Virus record (IMG/VR): IMGVR_UViG_3300020048_000002
Length of the DNA: 64,000 bases
Direction: 5' to 3' (one strand)
Origin: a virus
Taxonomy: Duplodnaviria; Caudoviricetes
Every line of letters begins with the position of its first letter. Within the stretch, counting starts at the first letter, position 1. This document shows, piece after piece, positions 52,116-61,166 of this stretch. The notes below the pieces were generated by a model that did no database searches, was not told the origin of the DNA, and was given only the letters and a program-made list of their open reading frames with translations. The position numbers and the translations under genes are program-made.

Positions 52116-55100
52116 AGCAGACTCTCTAACGATGCGAGCTTGATAAGATCCCTACGCTGTTTCACGAGCGCCGAAGCCCGAGCCAGGACTGCCCGCTGCT
52201 GCATGTAGAGGAAGCCCTTCTCGACGTTTGCCCGACCGTCGATCCAAATGTACCGCTTATCGTAGAGCAAGTCTCTGGACTTGAGCGTGGTCTCCACCTT
52301 CACGATCGGTCCGCTGGTCGTGTCGTTGACCACAGTTTGACGGTTTGAGATTGCCGTCAGCCTGTCGGTCAAGTCCGAAGTCAGCAGGGCGTTGGCGTAG
52401 ATCTGAGGGTCCACCCCGATGGGGGGTGTGTTCACGATGACTGGGACAGTCGAGGACAGAAGCGAGATCCACGTCAGAGAATCGGTTGCCCAGGTCGTGG
52501 ACTGAACGAGCACGGCTAGAAGGTCGTTCAGTCCTTCCAAACTCATACCGTACGCCGTCACGATGCGGTAGGTCACAGCCCCGGCGGAAGGGAAAGGCGT
52601 GGTGACGGTCAAACTGGTTGGCGACAGGACCGATGCGACCTTGTAGAAACCGAGGTTTGCGCCCGACTGGATGTAGACGAAACACGAAGAGTTGACGTTC
52701 GCCGCAAGGAAATCCGTAGTCCCCGTGAGGGTTGAGACGTTGACCGTCCCTGCCTGTGCGGACGGAGACAAGAGATCCGACAAGTTGCCGTCGATTCCCT
52801 CGGCCACGCTTCCCTCAAAGAAGCGAGTGATGCCAATCACTTCTGAGTCCACCTTCGTGGGGTCTACCGTAACGTCGTTCGTCAACACGACGTTGATGAC
52901 CTCCTGAACGTTGGTTGGGATGTCGAAGTCTCGGCTGAACGTCGAGAGGTGTCTCGACACCCGGTAATTCGAGGGAATGACCGGAACGAGGACTGGGTAG
53001 TCGAGCTTCGCCGTGTTTGCCGCCGGTTTGGCTACGATCTGACGCCGAAGCCCCGTGTGAGGAGCACTCGTAAAGATGATTGTCTGGCCCACAGCGGCGG
53101 TCCCCAAACCAGCCTCCGTGACCTCATCTCCAGCCAGGTTGAACGTAGCTCCTAGACCCGAGGTAACATCGGCCCCCGCCGTGATCACAACTGAGTCGGA
53201 GGCCGTGGCGTTGGTGAAGGGAGCGTCAACCGTCACCGTTGTTGGGGTGACCGTCAGGATACGGCGGAACCCGTCCGATGCGTTGGGACCCGTCGTAAAC
53301 CGAACCAAGTCGTGAACTTGGATGGCAGGGGCAGGCCACGGAACGGGAGACGTGAGCAGGGTCTTTGCTGGATCCAAGGAGATGTTCGCGATGGGTACCG
53401 CTGGAACAGTCGCAGCGATCAGCCCGACAATCCCCGTGTTCTCGTCTCCAAGGTATTCCTTCTCGCAGTCGAACGTCTTGATCTTCATGGGGATACCCGT
53501 GTCCCCGGAGTCGTTCGCCGCAACACCGTCGAGAGCCGGAAACCTGTAGGGCTCCAAGAGGGAGTTGGCAAACTTGACGTTGCTCAACTGGAGGTAATCT
53601 CCCTTGTAGGGCGTCTGCACACACAGTTCATTTGGTATCGCCGGAATGCTGCCATCGAACGGCCAGTAGGGGTCGAGGTAGAGCACCTTGCCGTTGATCG
53701 AGTCGAAACCAACGTCCGAATCGAGGCGGTAGTTCTTCTGGTAAACTTCGTCATCAAAGGCCAGCGTGACCGTGGACCCCTTGGGGACCGTGACGCCCAC
53801 AGCGGCAGTAAGCTCGATACGGGGTGGGCTCGTGTGGATCGCAGCGATCTCCGCTGAGAATACGATGGGTAAGCCGATGGGGTCATAGACCATGCACTTA
53901 CCGCCAACAGTTGAAGCGCCGGTTGCGTTACTCCAGGGCGGGCGAAGGTAGTCCGCACTACCCTCCACGTTGTCGACGTACAGCTCGATGTCCGAGCCAG
54001 CCGCTTCTTGGACGACAAGTGAGCGTGGGTGTCGTCGCCCAATGGACACGGGAGGCGAAAACACGTTCGTGAGGCCGAGGTCAAAAATCTCCTCCCCGTC
54101 CTCAGCGTCTCCAGCTTGGAACAACACCACCTGAGCAGGGGCGTCCGTTGGGGCAGGAACCGTGTCTACGCCGTTGGTCGTGAACCCGAAGACGGACTCT
54201 CGTCGTTCTGGATAGACTCTGGACTTCACGCTCGCCTGATACATCGGGCGGTAGCTCGACAAAAACGTGAACGTTGGGGGCGGCCCAAACATGTCGAGGC
54301 GAATCGGGAACGGCGATACCTCGAACTGATCGTCGAGGTCGTTCGTCACCTGAGAGTAAAGGGTACGAACAGGGTTCGTTGTGATGCCGTCGAACCGGAA
54401 CCTTCCCGAGTTGGCTCCAACGATGCGCCCATCGAAGCTCTGTAGCGTATCCTCTAGCTTGTTGATCCCGTCGTTGATGTACTTGAGGATCTTCCGAGCC
54501 ACATAGTCCTGGTTGGCAATGTGGCCTTCCGGGAAGTAAACCGACTCTCGACCTTGCTCGTACAAGGTGGGGGAGGATGCGTTCGATGTCCGTGGGCCGT
54601 TGGTTTGAACGCTGCCTTGAGCTTGCGTTTTGAGGTACCTTGCCGTCTCTCCTGAGAAGTTCGTCAGGGTCTCGACCCGGTAGTACCAGGAGTCCGGACT
54701 GAAGATCGTGAAGTCCGCATACAAGAACTGGTTGAGCAGCCCGTTGGTGGCCGTTGGGGCGACGCTGTGGGTATAGGACGCCCTGAGCTTCACCCCCGGA
54801 CGGGTCGTCTTGTTCCCCGTGTAAAAGATGCCGATTTCCTCTCCAATGGCGAGAGGCGGACTGAACTTCAACGCCCCGGCGGCATCGATCTGGTACCCCA
54901 AGGGGCTTTCGAGCAACTGACCGACCTCACCCACCTTCTTCCGGTAAACCCCGTAGGGCTCCGTAAGCACGGGTGTCTGGAGAGTCGTGGCACTCTCAGA
55001 TCCTTCCGGCAGGATAGGTCGAACAGAAGCCTTCAGGAATGCGCTGCCAGGGAGATACTGGCGTTGCATGTTGGAGGTGACGGTGACTTCCGTCCACCCG

Positions 55101-58100
55101 TCCGCCGTGAGCGTCGACCCCGTTGCCATGTAGAAGTCGAAGTACGTCCCACCAGGATCCGTGAACAGGAGCACGGTGTTCGTCTGGTACGACTTGCGCT
55201 TGTCCCCAAACACCTTGAACTTGTTCATCCCTCTCGGAATGACTTGGTAGGGACTCGACTCGGTACGGAAGTAGCTCTGAACGAACAGAGTCGAACTAAT
55301 AGGGGTCGTACCCGACGCAAGGAACAGCTTGGGGTTTGTGAAGTTGTCTTGGAAGTATTCGCCGGGGGATAACGTGACCGTCGTTTGGTTGGTAGGTAGG
55401 TCGTACGTGGACGTGGCGATACGGTAAACGTAATCCCGCTCGACCCGCAGGAGGTAACCCGGAAGGAACACTCCCGTTTGATCTCCCGTAACGGTAAAAT
55501 CCGAGGCGTCTTCTGTTAGGGCCACCTGAACAACCGACATGTTGTTCAACAGGGTGATGCTACGCTCCCCACCTACAGCTTCGTAAACGTTGTAGTCGAC
55601 GTAAACCCGCTCATCCGGCAGCACTCTCGAACCGTGAGGCAGGGTATCCGTCATGTACCCCTGATCTGGGAGGAACAGAATGGACGAGGCCGCCGTATTG
55701 ACAACGATCTGCTGGTCCGTCTGAGGTCGCCCACCACGGTAGATCTGAGGTGCGGGGTTCGAGGCCACCGTGCGCCCTTGTGGGTTGAAAAACAGGGTGT
55801 TGGTGACCGCCGTGCGGGGAGTCGGGTTGGTCAACTCCTTTCGGATCAAAAAACTGACCCGTTCCGCCGTCAACGGGAGAGGGTCCCCATTCGCGTCCAG
55901 CGGGATATAGGTGACAAGAGCCTCTTCCCCTGTAAGGAAACGCTCAGTGAAGTTGATGAACGCCAACAACGGCTGAAGTTGGTAGTCCACCAGCGGTGTC
56001 AGCTTCCGCACCCAGTAGACATTTTGAGGTGTCAGATCTGCGGAGCTGAAGTTCAGGTTCCCCGTGGCTTCACTGACCTCTACCGTTCCACTCGGGATCG
56101 TTGCTGGGGGCGAGAACAGCCCATCGTCCGCAACCACCGTGGTCGTTGTCGAGAACGTGGTTTGGCCAAAGCGAAAACGAGTCGCAGGGCCGTCAACAAC
56201 CGGAATCCGTAGTCTCCGGTAGACTCGGAAGGTGGCGGAACCAGAAATTGAGTTGAAAGGGGTGGCGACCTGGATGGTGTTCGTTTCGACGATGGTGATC
56301 GTCCGGTAGGTTCCTGCTTCAGGGCCGGAGAGTAGCTCCAAAGTGTCCCCAAGCTGAACACCAGCGGCAACGAAGTCGGTCAGCGAACTCAGCGTCGTGT
56401 CGTCCGGGAAAGTACCCGTGGACGATGCGATCAAAGTCGTTTGGTTCTGAGCCATACCAAGGAGTCGAATCTTCTCGACCTTGGTGTTGGGGTCGACGAG
56501 CGTGATGGGGCTCCAAAATCGATCGGCGACAATCTCTCGGTTCCGTCGAATCTCGTAGATGACATTCGAGGTGGTCCCCCCAGAGACATCCGTCGTGACC
56601 CCCGAACTCAGCGTTCCAGCAAAGAGGTTGTAGACACCTTCCGCTGGTCCGGAACGGACAACGAGAAGGTCTCCCAACTGAGTCGTGGCAGGGTTGGCTG
56701 CATCGGTAAATGTCGTACCCGAAAAAACGCCCTCCGAACCCTCGGCAACGAGCAACCCGGAAGTGGACGTGAACGTAAGGATGCCAGGGGTCGGGTCCAG
56801 AAGGGCATCCTGTCCCATGACGAGAGGCGCGAACACACCCGAGTTCGGGGCAATCTCTAGCTCAAACTCGTAGTTGCCCCCAAGGATCAAGGGGTCGGGT
56901 AGCGGGGTAGCCCCTACTGCTACGGGCAGAGTGATTTCGTTCGACGCCTTGTCTCTACGGTTCGCAAACTTGAACTGCTTTGCCTCGAAGTCGATGAAGT
57001 AGCCCAAACCCGGTACGGGAGAAGGCCCATCGAGACGAGGGAGGACCCCCGTAAAAGAGCCTGTGCCTTGCTCCACACGAAACTGAAGCAAAAACTGAGG
57101 GTCGTCAATCGGAGCGGATGGCAGGAGGACTTGCGGTGAGCCTATGATCGGGCTCGCAATCACAGCATCCGTTGTCGGGTAAAAGAGAGTGACGTCCTTG
57201 GGGGTATCGAGCGTGTTGCCCGGATTGAGGATGGTGCGGTACAACCGGAGAGCAACGCCGTGTTCGATCGGCAGGTCTCCCGGAATGAATTCAACCGGAA
57301 AGCCCCCGTAAATCACTTGGTCGGCTTCGGAGAAGTAGACCACCCCGGTCACGCCTGAAACTTGCACCGTGCCGGTGCTGCCAGGGACGTCCGGGAAAAT
57401 GTCGAGGATGTCGTCCGACCTCTTAAAGTAAGGGAACTGGCGGCCCACAGCGGGGACGTAGAAAATGAGATCCCCTCCACTTGGAGGCAAAGTCGCTAGC
57501 GGGATCGGAGTTGGAGCGGCAACAGTCCCGATGTTGTACCGTGGGAGCTGAACGTTGCGCTGAATGAGCACCCCGTCGTAGTAAATCGGTGCCCCTGCAT
57601 TTGCGGTCACGTCCGTAGGGTTGAACTTGAGGCGACCCGTCTGAGCCGACCACTTGAAAGAGCCAGCGGGAGGATCCACGGCCAAGCCAGAGTCGTTGGG
57701 TACTTCTACCGGCTCTAACCACAGGCCAAAGCCGATGCGGATCATCGGATACTGCCCGGTGGCCGGTAAGGGGCTCAGGAGCAGGTCCGCATCATCGATG
57801 AGCCCAATCTTCCCCTTGCTTTCCGAGTACGTGTAAAACTGTTGACGCTGCCACCTGACGGTCTGCCCATCTAGGGCGGTGACGTCAGAGGCGTTCCAGT
57901 TTAGCTCGCCCGTAGACTGAAGGATCTCGACCGTCCCAGCGGTAGGCGACCCAAAGACATTGACCAGAGACGTGAGGAGAGTCGTCCCGCTTCCCGCAGA
58001 CCCATAAGAAAGGCGATAGGGAGCAGCCGCGAGAACCCCGATTGGAGGAGTCACCTTCAACCGACTGGTGTTGGCATCCGGGCCTACTACACCCACGGTC

Positions 58101-58420
58101 TCAATGGGTGCGCCAGGCAACAGCTTGAAGGCTTGTGCTGAAGAATCGAAGTCGAACCTTTGCAGGTTGGCTGTCGTTGTCCCCTCGTTCTTCGTCCACC
58201 CAAACTTTGCGTCGATAAGGGCTCGACCGGCATCTGAAGACCCGTCAGGGAGGACGAGGACGAAGTACTCGACGCGAGGGTTCGGCTCGGCACCCTCTGG
58301 AAAGGCTGCGTTGTACGCCACCTGATCCAGAATCACGGTGTTCGGGTTCGCCGTACTAGCTGCGTTCGACGTGCTGAGCCGAGGGGGTTCTAGTACGTAC
58401 CCCTTGATGGAGAGTCCCAT
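52112..58420 (-). CDS. very large virion structural protein (2102 aa)
   Basis: Beta-rich with repeated 'GD.L....GP..G.Y.I' modules; within the baseplate cluster. Confidence 0.75.
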   Translation of the reverse strand: MGLSIKGYVLEPPRLSTSNAASTANPNTVILDQVAYNAAFPEGAEPNPRVEYFVLVLPDGSSDAGRALIDAKFGWTKNEGTTTANLQRFDFDSSAQAFKLLPGAPIETVGVVGPDANTSRLKVTPPIGVLAAAPYRLSYGSAGSGTTLLTSLVNVFGSPTAGTVEILQSTGELNWNASDVTALDGQTVRWQRQQFYTYSESKGKIGLIDDADLLLSPLPATGQYPMIRIGFGLWLEPVEVPNDSGLAVDPPAGSFKWSAQTGRLKFNPTDVTANAGAPIYYDGVLIQRNVQLPRYNIGTVAAPTPIPLATLPPSGGDLIFYVPAVGRQFPYFKRSDDILDIFPDVPGSTGTVQVSGVTGVVYFSEADQVIYGGFPVEFIPGDLPIEHGVALRLYRTILNPGNTLDTPKDVTLFYPTTDAVIASPIIGSPQVLLPSAPIDDPQFLLQFRVEQGTGSFTGVLPRLDGPSPVPGLGYFIDFEAKQFKFANRRDKASNEITLPVAVGATPLPDPLILGGNYEFELEIAPNSGVFAPLVMGQDALLDPTPGILTFTSTSGLLVAEGSEGVFSGTTFTDAANPATTQLGDLLVVRSGPAEGVYNLFAGTLSSGVTTDVSGGTTSNVIYEIRRNREIVADRFWSPITLVDPNTKVEKIRLLGMAQNQTTLIASSTGTFPDDTTLSSLTDFVAAGVQLGDTLELLSGPEAGTYRTITIVETNTIQVATPFNSISGSATFRVYRRLRIPVVDGPATRFRFGQTTFSTTTTVVADDGLFSPPATIPSGTVEVSEATGNLNFSSADLTPQNVYWVRKLTPLVDYQLQPLLAFINFTERFLTGEEALVTYIPLDANGDPLPLTAERVSFLIRKELTNPTPRTAVTNTLFFNPQGRTVASNPAPQIYRGGRPQTDQQIVVNTAASSILFLPDQGYMTDTLPHGSRVLPDERVYVDYNVYEAVGGERSITLLNNMSVVQVALTEDASDFTVTGDQTGVFLPGYLLRVERDYVYRIATSTYDLPTNQTTVTLSPGEYFQDNFTNPKLFLASGTTPISSTLFVQSYFRTESSPYQVIPRGMNKFKVFGDKRKSYQTNTVLLFTDPGGTYFDFYMATGSTLTADGWTEVTVTSNMQRQYLPGSAFLKASVRPILPEGSESATTLQTPVLTEPYGVYRKKVGEVGQLLESPLGYQIDAAGALKFSPPLAIGEEIGIFYTGNKTTRPGVKLRASYTHSVAPTATNGLLNQFLYADFTIFSPDSWYYRVETLTNFSGETARYLKTQAQGSVQTNGPRTSNASSPTLYEQGRESVYFPEGHIANQDYVARKILKYINDGINKLEDTLQSFDGRIVGANSGRFRFDGITTNPVRTLYSQVTNDLDDQFEVSPFPIRLDMFGPPPTFTFLSSYRPMYQASVKSRVYPERRESVFGFTTNGVDTVPAPTDAPAQVVLFQAGDAEDGEEIFDLGLTNVFSPPVSIGRRHPRSLVVQEAAGSDIELYVDNVEGSADYLRPPWSNATGASTVGGKCMVYDPIGLPIVFSAEIAAIHTSPPRIELTAAVGVTVPKGSTVTLAFDDEVYQKNYRLDSDVGFDSINGKVLYLDPYWPFDGSIPAIPNELCVQTPYKGDYLQLSNVKFANSLLEPYRFPALDGVAANDSGDTGIPMKIKTFDCEKEYLGDENTGIVGLIAATVPAVPIANISLDPAKTLLTSPVPWPAPAIQVHDLVRFTTGPNASDGFRRILTVTPTTVTVDAPFTNATASDSVVITAGADVTSGLGATFNLAGDEVTEAGLGTAAVGQTIIFTSAPHTGLRRQIVAKPAANTAKLDYPVLVPVIPSNYRVSRHLSTFSRDFDIPTNVQEVINVVLTNDVTVDPTKVDSEVIGITRFFEGSVAEGIDGNLSDLLSPSAQAGTVNVSTLTGTTDFLAANVNSSCFVYIQSGANLGFYKVASVLSPTSLTVTTPFPSAGAVTYRIVTAYGMSLEGLNDLLAVLVQSTTWATDSLTWISLLSSTVPVIVNTPPIGVDPQIYANALLTSDLTDRLTAISNRQTVVNDTTSGPIVKVETTLKSRDLLYDKRYIWIDGRANVEKGFLYMQQRAVLARASALVKQRRDLIKLASLESLL

Positions 58421-58432
58421 GCCGTTGCCCTC

Positions 58433-59005
58433 TTAGACGATCTTACCGTAACCTACACCGCCGCCAGCAGAAGGCGTCGTAGGTCCGACAATCGGGATGG
58501 GAATAGTAAAGGAAGCGAACGAGAAATCCAAACCCAAACCGATTCCAGTGGCAAGTTGTGCGTTGTTGCTGCCCACCATCCCAGCCGACGCAAATCCGGT
58601 GAGCATCGAAGGGACACTCGACGGGCCAGGAAAAGTCACCGTTGCGACTCCCGTGCTCACCGCTGGGTGAACCGTAGTGATGACCCCTGTCGGGAAAGCT
58701 AGAGCCAAACCAGAGGTCAAACCTGCGAGCAAAGAAGGGACGGAGATCCCCACCAATCCCGCAGAGGCGAACCCTAGCGTCAAACCCGCAAACAACAAAG
58801 GCGGGGGGATGACACAAGGGAATGCCCCAACGCCAGCCCCCAGTGTCCCGGTGTCCACGGTTGCGACGAGCAAAGTGCCGGACGTCCAGAGACACAGCCC
58901 ATTGGCTACCCCTAAAGCCAACTGCGGAACAGAAACCCCAATGTTTCCAGTAACCACCAGTTGTTGGGTGAGGATCCCGGCGACGTTGAACGGTGTGAGA
59001 GGCAT
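58433..59005 (-). CDS. Gly-rich hydrophobic protein, possible spike tip
   Basis: 190 aa, almost uncharged, three internal repeats; immediately after the spike gene. Confidence 0.55.
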   Translation of the reverse strand: MPLTPFNVAGILTQQLVVTGNIGVSVPQLALGVANGLCLWTSGTLLVATVDTGTLGAGVGAFPCVIPPPLLFAGLTLGFASAGLVGISVPSLLAGLTSGLALAFPTGVITTVHPAVSTGVATVTFPGPSSVPSMLTGFASAGMVGSNNAQLATGIGLGLDFSFASFTIPIPIVGPTTPSAGGGVGYGKIV

Positions 59006-61156
59006 TTAGTTCGACCGGACTGTTGCGGACCCGAGTAGGGGAAGCCCGGTGATGAAATCCAGGGTTGGAACTCCTGGAGGAAGCGCAGGTACCGCACGGA
59101 CCACGCCAAGAACTCCCGATGGGCCTCCAAGCTGAATGTTGGTCGACGTGAGAACAATACTAGCTGGGGCTGTGACTACAAAGGCTGTCGAGGCCGTTGC
59201 CGTGATGGCAGCAGCGGCGGTCAAAGAGATGGCAGCCCCAGCATTGACGGTGACAGCCGCTCCAGCCGTCATGTCCATGGCCGCCCCGGCCTGAGAGGCC
59301 ATGGCTGCTCCAGCCGTCATGTTGATGGCCCCTGCACCAGCGGTGGTCTGAATGGCTCCAGCCGCTACCGTTGTGACTAGGGCTCCAGCCGCCACGGTCT
59401 TGACCTCACCTCCAGCAGCGATCGTCTCGACCTTTGCCAAGGCGTAAGTGAGGGTTGTCAGACCTGTCACCGTCTGCTGGTACCCACCTGTGTTCATGGT
59501 ACAGCCGCTCGTGCCGGTGACAATGAGCTTGTCGCCTTGGATCGTAGTGGCTCCGTTTGACGTCAAGTTGACCGACCCGCCCGTGCTGAGAAGGAAGTCG
59601 CCCGTCGAATCCAAGCCCATGTTCCCAGTGGTAGACAGGACCATGCCGCTACCGTTGTCGTCGCCGGTCCCAATGATTTTTGTGTAAAGAGGACCATCCA
59701 AAACTAAGTCGATCGCATTGTTGGTGTCTCGGTTGCGCCCTACTTCTAGTTTGATACCCCCGGCGAGCTTACCGAAGATGCTCGTGTTCGATGGGGAGGC
59801 TGCCCCGGCGTAGAGCTTCAGGGCTCCCTTTAGGTTGACCTCCGCCGAGATCCCCTTGCACCCATCGCCGTAGTTCTCGCTCGTGGGACGAGGAATGTTG
59901 ACGTAGAGCTTCCCCTGCTTCTCGACTGCAACAGCAAAGGGGTCGTCGTCCGCTGTTGTCTCCGGGCCGAGGATCCGTAGAAGGTAGGCGGCGGCTCTTT
60001 GTCGGATGTCGAGATCACCGCTTTGTGGGTCTCGACGAACCGGCTCCATGCGGAACGTGCCGATTGTCTGCGCTTCTCCATTGGACCAAATCTGCGGGGC
60101 AAGAGCTTGGCCGTACTGAGCTATACCCACTGTCGAGTTGGGGTCGTTGCCGATGACCGTCCCCATGACGTGCTCGATGAAAACACGCTGAGGATTGATG
60201 TTTACACCATCGATCTCGGCGTGGACCTCCTGTACGAGATCCGTCTCGTGGAGGATTTCCGTGCGAACTTCAGTGTAGGCGTTCCCACCCCCTTGATCGA
60301 CGGGACCCTCAACGCTCACGTTGGGGGTCGTAGAGGGGTAGAAGACGATCTTCCCGTTCGAGTACATCACCGGGGGGTACTCGGTGAAGTTGTTGAAGAT
60401 GGATAGGAGCGACCCGTCTGTTTTCGCGTACTTGCTCTCTTCTCCAGGTCGAACGCCGGGACCAAGATTCTGCAACTCGTCCCGTCCGAAATACCTCTGA
60501 TCGGAGGTCTTCAGCGTACGCTTTCCCTGCGAGTCGACCGTGTAGACTTCCGGGGGAAGGAAGAACACTTGCCGACGTACCGGGCCGGAGTACCGCTTGA
60601 CCCCACACTCGTTGTCGAAACGATGGATGGCCTGAGTGACGAGCGTCCGTTCCTCGTCCCGTAGCTCGATGATGTCCCCAGCCCGGTTTGTGACCGAAAC
60701 GCTTTTTGACAGCACCAGCTCCGATCCAGCCGAGGACATACCGCCGACGTCGCCAGGCTGAAGACGGAGCCTCTTTTTTCGACTTGGGCCTCCGAAGGCG
60801 GTCTCAAAAGCGTCCCGATCTTCGGGATCAATCTGGGACATGTCCGTTGGGCTAAACGGGTCAAATCGTAACCCAAGACGATTGCCAGTAGGCAAATAAC
60901 CTAAGATAACGGCTTCCGATTGCTCGTTCGCGATGTACCTGTAGCCGACGAGACACAAGGATCCGACCTCGGGCACACCGCCCCAGAAGCTACGAGGCCC
61001 TGCGAGAGTTTGAGTGAGATCTACCTCTGCGCGAAAACCGCCACCCGTGAGGATCTTGATGTCCGCCTTGAGGTTGAACTCGTCAACCCGTTGGAGGATT
61101 CCGACTCGAATCCCGTCCGGTCGACCGAAATCAAGAAAGGAGGATAACGATGTCAT
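59006..61156 (-). CDS. baseplate central spike (gp5/gpV/VgrG-like)
   Basis: N-terminal OB-fold 'GVPEVGSLCLVGY'; C-terminal 8-aa beta-helix repeats (AGAAM/I/V.xT). Confidence 0.8.
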   Translation of the reverse strand: MTSLSSFLDFGRPDGIRVGILQRVDEFNLKADIKILTGGGFRAEVDLTQTLAGPRSFWGGVPEVGSLCLVGYRYIANEQSEAVILGYLPTGNRLGLRFDPFSPTDMSQIDPEDRDAFETAFGGPSRKKRLRLQPGDVGGMSSAGSELVLSKSVSVTNRAGDIIELRDEERTLVTQAIHRFDNECGVKRYSGPVRRQVFFLPPEVYTVDSQGKRTLKTSDQRYFGRDELQNLGPGVRPGEESKYAKTDGSLLSIFNNFTEYPPVMYSNGKIVFYPSTTPNVSVEGPVDQGGGNAYTEVRTEILHETDLVQEVHAEIDGVNINPQRVFIEHVMGTVIGNDPNSTVGIAQYGQALAPQIWSNGEAQTIGTFRMEPVRRDPQSGDLDIRQRAAAYLLRILGPETTADDDPFAVAVEKQGKLYVNIPRPTSENYGDGCKGISAEVNLKGALKLYAGAASPSNTSIFGKLAGGIKLEVGRNRDTNNAIDLVLDGPLYTKIIGTGDDNGSGMVLSTTGNMGLDSTGDFLLSTGGSVNLTSNGATTIQGDKLIVTGTSGCTMNTGGYQQTVTGLTTLTYALAKVETIAAGGEVKTVAAGALVTTVAAGAIQTTAGAGAINMTAGAAMASQAGAAMDMTAGAAVTVNAGAAISLTAAAAITATASTAFVVTAPASIVLTSTNIQLGGPSGVLGVVRAVPALPPGVPTLDFITGLPLLGSATVRSN
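59200..59420. repeat. 24-bp-period degenerate repeats encoding the spike beta-helix
   Basis: TVAAGALV/TVAAGAIQ/TAGAGAIN/MTAGAAMA/SQAGAAMD/MTAGAAVT-type repeats; CTCCAGCCG recurs in the DNA. Confidence 0.75.
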
Positions 61157-61166
61157 GGTGTCTCAC

